A stretch of DNA of 64,000 nt, taken from a virus. Lineage: Duplodnaviria; Caudoviricetes. Where the stretch lies: IMG/VR virus record IMGVR_UViG_3300035227_000232, positions 1 through 64,000 of that record; one strand, written 5' to 3'. The notes under the pieces are model-generated. The model was not told where the DNA came from and did no database searches. It saw nothing but the letters and a program-made list of their open reading frames with translations. Below, one piece after another: positions 60,701 to 64,000 of this stretch. A program made the translations under genes and the position numbers. How positions within the stretch are numbered: the first letter of the stretch is position 1; every line of letters starts with the position of its first letter.

Positions 60701-62130
60701 CCGCTGTTCCTGTCAATGAAAGCACGGTTTAAATTATAGACCGTATTTTGTGATCCGGGTTCAATGACAAACAAATAACCAGTGATATCAGCAATAATAT
60801 TGGAACCATGATAGTTCCTCATTAAGACGGTCGAACCTATCCCTACATTATTTACTGAAAGCTGCTGATTCGAATCATCAATATTTAGGGTGATTACATC
60901 GTTAGTTCCACCGTCTACGGTTATGTCTCCAGCCGGATTGTTTACGTTGGTTGAATACGTAAGCTGCTCGATTACACCACCTGTTATCTGGACTCCAGCA
61001 GATGAAACGTCGATGTTCTTGATTGTATCTCCGGTGACTGAAGCGTTGCCTCCATCTTCCACAAACACATTTATACCACTCTCAAAATCTAAAACGTTTT
61101 TACCGTTTACATAAAGCCCCCCGCTAATATTAACGTCCTTATGAAGAGTGAGAGTGCTTGTCTTAAGGAAATTTTTTCTAATCTCGAAATCAGGAAGAAC
61201 ACCCTCGTATAAATGTACTGATTCTATGTTCCCGGTGAAGTGGTTATGGGTATGTGTCTCTCCCGTGTTATACCCTACTAGAAATGGCTGATCGTTATAA
61301 GATATTGCAGCCCCAGCTTGAGAAGAATCTCCTGTTATATATTTTCCATTAGCGTAAATGCTATGGGTCGTTCCGTCCCACTTCGCCGTAACGTAATGCC
61401 AGCCACTCCAATGTATATCATCTACCGCTACTTCTGAGGCTGAATCGTCAAACCTAATCCTATGGACAAGTCTTCCAGAATTATAATAGTGAAAGCCATA
61501 GCTCGTATCATTTCCTTTTGTTAGCTTACCAGCTACGAAGTTTCCTTCTCTGTGCCCTTCTTGAGTAGGATTAAAATACATCCCGAAAGTAAATACCTCA
61601 GGACGGATGGAGCTACTGTCTTCGATTCTTCCGAAATCGCCAGTTTCATCGACAATGAATTGATTGACATGAAACTCAGCCATCTGACCCGTACTCACGA
61701 ATGATAGATCATTTTCGTAATACGATTGGTCATACCACTGTGCCCCAGTACCATGATAGCTGTCTAATTTGGAGGCATCTAAATCTAAACTAAGCCCTGA
61801 CTTAACAATGGAGTTGGGGTCATTTGCTATCGTAGACCTAAGAGGAATCCCATTTATATAATAATCTCCAGCATTAAGGAACAAGCTTCCACTTTGTACG
61901 GATAAGTCACCACCATAGATCGTTACATTTTTATCGAAGAAAGCGTCACTGTCATGAACGTGAAGAGCACCGAAAAGCTCGGAGTCTCCCTCTACTAATA
62001 AGCCCGTCCCTTTGACATGAAAAAGACCAGCGTTTACCTGTCCCAACTCATTAGAGAGGTAAACGTTGACATCCTGAGGTATCGGCACAAGCTCAGGAAT
62101 GAAACCCGTAATTATCGTACAATTCGCCAT
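48724..62130 (-). CDS. Giant 4468-aa virion fibre/adhesin: LamG domain, long T/G/N/S/I beta-solenoid, C-terminal phage fibre domain
   Basis: [11 protein letters not shown]...[10 protein letters not shown]...YANG...[11 protein letters not shown] (LamG); repetitive beta-strand pattern; C-terminal [11 protein letters not shown]...GQPLYLSD...GQLTEVAP. Confidence 0.8.
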   Translation of the reverse strand: MANCTIITGFIPELVPIPQDVNVYLSNELGQVNAGLFHVKGTGLLVEGDSELFGALHVHDSDAFFDKNVTIYGGDLSVQSGSLFLNAGDYYINGIPLRSTIANDPNSIVKSGLSLDLDASKLDSYHGTGAQWYDQSYYENDLSFVSTGQMAEFHVNQFIVDETGDFGRIEDSSSIRPEVFTFGMYFNPTQEGHREGNFVAGKLTKGNDTSYGFHYYNSGRLVHRIRFDDSASEVAVDDIHWSGWHYVTAKWDGTTHSIYANGKYITGDSSQAGAAISYNDQPFLVGYNTGETHTHNHFTGNIESVHLYEGVLPDFEIRKNFLKTSTLTLHKDVNISGGLYVNGKNVLDFESGINVFVEDGGNASVTGDTIKNIDVSSAGVQITGGVIEQLTYSTNVNNPAGDITVDGGTNDVITLNIDDSNQQLSVNNVGIGSTVLMRNYHGSNIIADITGYLFVIEPGSQNTVYNLNRAFIDRNSGVLNIWNSGGSVDISGDNYISNYGGILNVSGNITGNINISGGINTIDLDEAGVFQVIGGQQTIANSGLVHISGGSNYITGGNINATGAAFSIWSGTTHVNTVDPVYIEQSNAVISDSVVSVSGSDSSFIVSFGTGTLDVTHSSILITDYVSGDEPAPVYTTIENNIEEGGHYSPSFSNGNYGYQENYITIYSGVQFVNRDLLTTNINVLNNASGSSVPINITGGVNALHAKTGGYLIVTGGVNTMTVDDSYLGKSDINVWYGDNTITSNGTMTAYITGSGIFMGTMNPTTANIDIHPYAIFQGDAVLSTANITSHTGIVTFNSGSECTTLNIGDENGYGTYSTYITGDQTINLTLSNSYINELNTAYINGADQNVSISDASVVYAYDSTNTISTEYDLELNATGGISYVDARDAYEVNLTVNNPSLAHVTGDIIHIHSSTGIDINEQVNTITITGSENINITSGNQTIQNSSGVTIGAYGNFSRVLNTAINDSVVSLSGSRNYIYDSVNTITTDYLDIFNGVNSPSVYGAMNVYTGTVDITNPIQGELNITSGVDTQVHNSGVVNFYANTSAENVFGGIVNITNSDITTFEGSGASVNMYDPSIGIAYQSLHFTPTDNTGIYVVRGDFSHPSSGFVVYTQQNLITGNVVDIYHGNNWLDFSNFSNTGSGNLVNIFGVSGATTNNYISGSELITLSGDGNYVSVYNSNASGNVPHILQFSDGSIVTVDNTNSNGTALVTGFGQAIIAGGLTNVTGNLVIISGGTNVLQNDFSGEITISGGLNLVDLSGELTINHGTNFVTGLSTVTINQNPESGGNANTYVYGATEANVTGMAPNISFSGYTGSSTVNVTSDTSYFFDSTVDIGTGGFAISGGTTTIGSATDVTVNQGTTTLNNPSNPIINSPSSNVVYGGFNTLPTGTIYYGNNTIEGDVGLINLSGEGTATITHDGGNLDVIGGNVSIYGSGDNRISGSTVFIHGGENLITGDDIFFNSGASANLVASGNITVTNAHNVYISGLSTGDILVYDNDLVTITGIVNSVTGVNISIVGLSGGHTVVNTPSSPYITGGLNFVNLSGDDFIFLGVESPIISGSTVNMTDVEMATITNGTTNFTGTVSGIVNGENVTMTFVSGMGVDVTATNNTILNYSGQVNVGDYPSIYHGIVPIYSGTQIDIDRNSTITAYDSSFVADNVYSASVYSGTAFFTGVDTNLTAQLNNSIGHIYIETGQTVDVVSYNTSTVNLHHTGSGAFINAYDDTTINISGCINDIYSGPVEIKLGVNYVYSTGVTTQAGHNEITTDDCDILQGFNYFYNFTGNAEISGLYNFFYDSECSYISGYLNRFFNGNNHIILDDRDTFNTTNHITAFVDKSGDFHYVSITGSGNTINVTGNELAEINDYSQYINRNDIFAIARSGTFVTITGNNTTNNITGAGDVEVRNFTVTNRTFTTVGKSGTFIDVSGNDNIVTGSGQTTINDYSNRYVTRSSIDKSGIFIDVNGNENIVTGSGQTTINDYSNRYTTVNLIEETGTYITVNGNENIVTGSGQTTIKDYSNRYTTVNLIDETGVYITVSGDNNIITGSGQTTIKDYSTKTTTTTVVEKSGTFDYSTTENYNTFFDNTGTYITISGDNNATIRVLDGDAYVYNGGFVEKSGVFITVSGDNNTITGSGQTTIYDYSSNVTYDVDKTGIFITVTGDNVTVTGSGQTTINDYSSSYSYTDVYEIEKSGEFYSITGDSNVLTFTGSGITVNDYSSKTTNVYEVDKTGEFYSITGDGNSITITGSGITVNDYTRNTTNVYQIDRSGSFVTITGTNQTFTITGSTGITVEDNRQQITNVYQIEKSGTFMTVTGSGHSVSVTGTGITLNDYSYHPYFDQTITEITQTNTYNNVLKIDKTGDFSYYSITGSGNTFHFTGSGITVNDYSQEINYVTATNIFDVRISGGYNTFSGADDVYVTGARNLSTNIIYDSDVHIYNALNDISITGGNQYFTGENVNIYDGNAYFTNLSGGIVNVEDSDVQILNSGIVDVTGSDVTVFNGPYTNPGEYIYTGYFITGAGNTLINVSGTTSIVNITGEVTVSGGKNSISDSEVNIYEGTNSLSGNESIYLTGTADLYGELGIYGNDNYFFPQDGSVVNVDTGIAHISGGLVHIGSGIASGASPTFTIGITGSTVAINSGCENSIYDSVANIFTNTATLSGGVNNVFSQTVGLDGGVNTMVVSGDVRAITGGVNTITTDNVNSVTGGVNTFNILHSGYVNLMSGQDTNIYATGNELTDIKLYITGNTFEAGSSNAGTNNITATSQAGGTTNIDVDLASHDNAATHHHLIDTFNANYSNVYLTGSQNINAGTISQAHNTFNTVSLGGTNAFSSLTAYGPSVHESGLVTGDVELNTVRNLVIGITNGPLNVTITGSGTGYFTGPYASGSVGITGTVNNLSVTGGHVTLNSNTLTSNVDVDESSVEINHYTGGNTNYINTSTVTIISGHTNITGGEITVQESINDIEVNIASGSDASLTLTNSTNYISGGVSHISGSAYITGGINYISGGAGFVATLSSGLNNTIHSYGGDITINNKPTITGNTVTGSGSISVEEGDIFIYHSGDGHNLTINSGEVTITGTNSQIDIHGGDNYLYMPTGTYVYGDITNWQSTGTIESISQAGTDHSIGTLNHTGNIGDFDIDLISGTIGTIQLSSYLDLTDTIITGSGNNIYSESNIDNFYVNNSEITNIFLGSGILDIDTGIIGNVYLTGTSTGDFDIDYQSGDLTVNAFQNYENTQSSYATSSYYGGGAVATTSASADQEVGAIRLDIGSHVGDSTIDLSTYYSSTASPAGGYASNNSSSQVFTKDNSPVTVDIVLESGSDLFLNANFTNSISQSTSSYYGSTNTFTNTGNVYQVSITGDGIVHITGSDGIHIYDADTISITGTANITGSNPIISGSTVYAYDSNLDLAKTTNAIFVTGGHNEIYTRAQNIFTGATTVSGHYIEEGGFINITGNVENLYSGVTINQIFSGTQYATGIIENVIITGGINDLEGDNLTLYAAYIGTLRNTDNSVTTGSFVTTGNTVTGSGVLNVYNTLNKSTNNTVNLTGDHSHVNTVISGTVNVNSDAITSLRITGGVNAISGGDDQIVNISGGDNTIDGGTATIIGDIANLTLKDSVNTVTGGTIQVDGGINDITGHYVGITGGTNYINHNQDIDNIDAYGGTFHLQYNTGVTVTGTDFTVNITDGTTSITGQNNAINLTTSVLNATQTDGDIFVYESTVTANDFSNLNITGGLNTNYIDNRSGVANIDNSLLQTVDASSSSVIKNYLTQVTTITGGTTYITGNVTGKLIETANIYTGTTNIPVYASDGIGSITINSGLTNLDYATGVNIYQGSNNIHDSDVILQGDSSNIYITGGINTFTGRNIDISGGINYVTLSGEDVLLYNSTMVVTGGSISYVSGHDIDIYHGTTNITDHPNEINVWYTQTDGTSNDARVIISGGLTNVYQFRNIEKHSGAFTDINHIGPEALHYQYNTHTSNSANYGYAGSATSYQYNNPSITGSVHNVTGVSNTTNISGGVVNIYNAPRVHADYRDNTFSAVGYYSQSNFSPTFSSTISDNEFTNTNTIHNSTVTITGTYDNIGQTNFDSGNTVNIYIDGAVHLEQPTGNIIGNVSSMTFTGINKQLNVSGSVQIIDAHEIVLQNFNDAQNVDSNVSVIDSNIGGSVNVYGGLTQVLGTNPVTFNLTTGDLAANTIIHHGQLSHGFAIGDVIRYEQQPVVSPGVPAISGYVKACANNISTSTPLGVVKSVLGSSFEYVSHGQIPYITGYTAGQPLYLSDVTSGQLTEVAPSSFGSSVVEVAQVVNGGHLIVSPHFSGTHIFPQNTGANIYPTKYVGSTAFGNSDTFYRDHLMAETVMMTKKIDLTQTGKHVIHMSPEGYFYADEAGLLITESTNPVLTGPEFMMGYSGDLEGYTDKNAIDAITEGQRERYLALNDTKATDHMIVTISSGATAGALEGKFYFKGFLTQDS
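54960..56620 (-). repeat. ~35-37 aa tandem repeats within the giant protein
   Basis: Units such as (V/I)(D/E)K(S/T)GxFITVxGxxNxxTGSGxTxINDYS; DNA tggtcgtctgcccaga recurs. Confidence 0.85.
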
Positions 62131-62142
62131 TAAATCATCATC

Positions 62143-64000
62143 CTAGCATACCCTATAAGCAGTAAAACCTGTAATCTCAAAATCCCCGAATTTTATTGTT
62201 TTCACAAAATCTAAATTATCACCCGAAATCGTAAATGATCTAAACGGCTGACCAGCGACAGGGAACACTCCATCTACCCTCATGGGTCTCACGTTCGTAA
62301 AAATACCCGTAGAAACAGCGATTTCCCCTACAATATTCTCAGCTAAGAGATGACCAGAGCCACTAAAAGAATACGGAGGATTGAAGCTAAGTGAGTAGTC
62401 ATCTGAAATAATTAAGTTATCTGCAAATCCAGATACTGACGGGAATGAATCAAATCCACTAAACATAACTCCCGTAATTTGAGAAAGACTGTATCCCTCC
62501 ACGGAAACTGAAGTGTTTTGATATCCAAACTTCGGGGAAAATGAATTTATCGTCGGTAATGGTGGCAATAGTTGATATTTTTCATCTTTAAATAATATCC
62601 CATCTAGATGCCCTATTTCATTAAGGAAATGCATTCTCCCTGAAACGAGTGCTGATACCTGTGCCTCTGGGGTGGATGTTTCGAAAATGGGGTCCTCAGC
62701 TATCAAAGCAAAATATCCACTTTCGAAATATTCAGTATCTGCGTCGTATGGTAGAACCCCAGAAAAATAAGAGTATCCGGGGTACGTATACGTAGGTGGA
62801 TCACCGCTATCGCCATTAAGAAATATATCAGTTCTACCAAGACTTACCCCACCAGCTTTATTGTTTCCGGTATAACCCAGAACGAGTGATCTAATAGCAT
62901 TAATCCCAGAGACACAAAACTGTGTAGCAGCGAATCTAATTGTATTTGGCGAAGATGGATTCTTTAAAGTCACACCTTCTATAGTCGGGATTACCGTGAA
63001 ATTTCCTATATCTGGATAGTAAAAGGCGTTTCCCGCTATTCCAGAAACGTACACTTGCGAAGAAAAAGTTTCTTTCGGTACTTGAAACGTCGCTCCAGTT
63101 TCATTCGTGTATATAAGATTGTCCCCTTTAAGAGTATTAGCATCCGTTACACCATCAGCATTTCTGAAGAAAAATTCTGCTCCTGATAGATTAAGTCCAG
63201 ACACAGTGATTACATCAGAATATCTCCCAGATAATGGAGTCATGCTTTGGACAGCAGCATCAAAAATTACATTAAATTCATTAGCAGAAGAAGTGGAGCC
63301 TCCCTCATTCGTCACTCTTATCTCTCCATCTATAGCGTCATTAGGAACGTTGACTCCGATTGCCCTATTGTTTAGTAACTTAAAACTAGTCGAATTTATT
63401 CTGGACTCTGTTTCATTCTCTCCCGAAAAATCCACATTAAGAGCAGAGGGCATCCTTGCACCGCTAAGGATTATGTAATCTCCTCTTCTCCCAAGGGGGG
63501 GATTGATATCATCTATAGAGACAGGAGACATCAATAACTTAAAATCCTCGCTTGAGGTAGCTCCCCCACCTGTCGCGACGATATGAATCCTATTATCTCC
63601 GACTAACGAATCAGGTACTTTAAACTGTATTTCCCCAGAGCTTATTACAGTGTCTGCGTCATTCTCTATCCCTGTTATGCCATTCACCACAAACCCAGAA
63701 GCGTGAATATATCCCCCGAACCCAATGCTTGAAACGTTTATGTAGTTGGCTCCCGAAACCGTGATAGTCTCCCCAGTGAGGCCGGACGCTGGAGAGAATC
63801 CTTTTATGTAAGGAGGAGGTATTACTTTAAACGGATGGCCTACCCCGGTGTGCCACTGATCATAGCGATTACTTAATACAATCTCGTAATCTATAGTTCC
63901 TGATACTGCTGATTCATATTTATTATCATATCCAGAAAGAGAAACAGTTTCTGGAACAGAAAATCTAAGTTGATCACCATTGGTTATATCCCAACTATCT
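62143..64000 (-). CDS. IPT/TIG-repeat structural protein, 5'-truncated by window edge
   Basis: Repeated PxIxxFSP..G...G..ITISG units; I read the frame open from 63999 down to the ORF-track start at 63690. Confidence 0.75.
   Translation of the reverse strand, partial: DSWDITNGDQLRFSVPETVSLSGYDNKYESAVSGTIDYEIVLSNRYDQWHTGVGHPFKVIPPPYIKGFSPASGLTGETITVSGANYINVSSIGFGGYIHASGFVVNGITGIENDADTVISSGEIQFKVPDSLVGDNRIHIVATGGGATSSEDFKLLMSPVSIDDINPPLGRRGDYIILSGARMPSALNVDFSGENETESRINSTSFKLLNNRAIGVNVPNDAIDGEIRVTNEGGSTSSANEFNVIFDAAVQSMTPLSGRYSDVITVSGLNLSGAEFFFRNADGVTDANTLKGDNLIYTNETGATFQVPKETFSSQVYVSGIAGNAFYYPDIGNFTVIPTIEGVTLKNPSSPNTIRFAATQFCVSGINAIRSLVLGYTGNNKAGGVSLGRTDIFLNGDSGDPPTYTYPGYSYFSGVLPYDADTEYFESGYFALIAEDPIFETSTPEAQVSALVSGRMHFLNEIGHLDGILFKDEKYQLLPPLPTINSFSPKFGYQNTSVSVEGYSLSQITGVMFSGFDSFPSVSGFADNLIISDDYSLSFNPPYSFSGSGHLLAENIVGEIAVSTGIFTNVRPMRVDGVFPVAGQPFRSFTISGDNLDFVKTIKFGDFEITGFTAYRVC

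Noticed and set aside
1-64000. Stop-codon reassignment, as in some large phages
   Set aside because: Conserved genes are full length under the standard code, and TAA, TAG and TGA all end genes at expected positions.
1-64000. Giant eukaryotic virus (NCLDV) or bacterial chromosome origin
   Set aside because: DnaE/DnaB/DnaG/RecA, sigma70 promoters and overlapping operons are bacterial-type. The mosaic of small unknown ORFs, a lone tRNA with HNH and fibre genes fits a large phage better than a chromosome, though hallmark virion genes are outside the window.

Overview
This is a gene-dense 64 kb segment best explained as part of a large dsDNA bacteriophage genome. It carries bacterial-type replication genes, sigma70-like promoters and many small ORFs, and lacks housekeeping ribosomal or envelope operons. 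No capsid, terminase or RNA polymerase gene lies in the window, so phage identity is an inference. Left to right: (1) 1-6.9 kb, mostly minus strand: PMM-type HAD, signal peptidase I, a tiny Cys-rich lipoprotein, a secreted trypsin-like protease, an HNH endonuclease directly behind tRNA-Arg(TCT), dUTPase and dCMP deaminase. (2) A ~380 nt apparently non-coding, highly base-paired element at 7.4-7.8 kb, a candidate large structured RNA. (3) 7.9-17 kb: dNMP kinase, a polyQ SSB-like protein, glycosyltransferases, class Ia RNR with an acyl carrier protein between nrdA and nrdB, and a stand-alone coiled-coil/HTH gene. (4) 17.5-28.7 kb: a 13-gene glycan synthesis cluster (GT4, GT25, GT11, FkbM x2, CapK-like ligase, PLP enzyme, UDP-sugar dehydrogenase, GDP-mannose 3,5-epimerase, Gmd). 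(5) 29-46.5 kb: a replication cluster with RecA, a tubulin/FtsZ homologue, DnaB, primase, a Cas4-like nuclease, a DNA polymerase III split into PHP, exonuclease and core genes with glmS interleaved, and a split GT9. (6) 46.5-64 kb, minus strand: a collagen-like fibre, a 4468-aa LamG/beta-solenoid protein and an IPT/TIG-repeat protein, all strikingly rich in Ser/Thr-Gly dipeptides. Best leads: the structured RNA, a phage-encoded glycosylation system possibly targeting S/T-G sites of its own virion proteins, the tubulin inside the replisome operon, and a recurrent GTGTAA upstream motif. All family assignments come from motifs recognised by eye; no database search was run.
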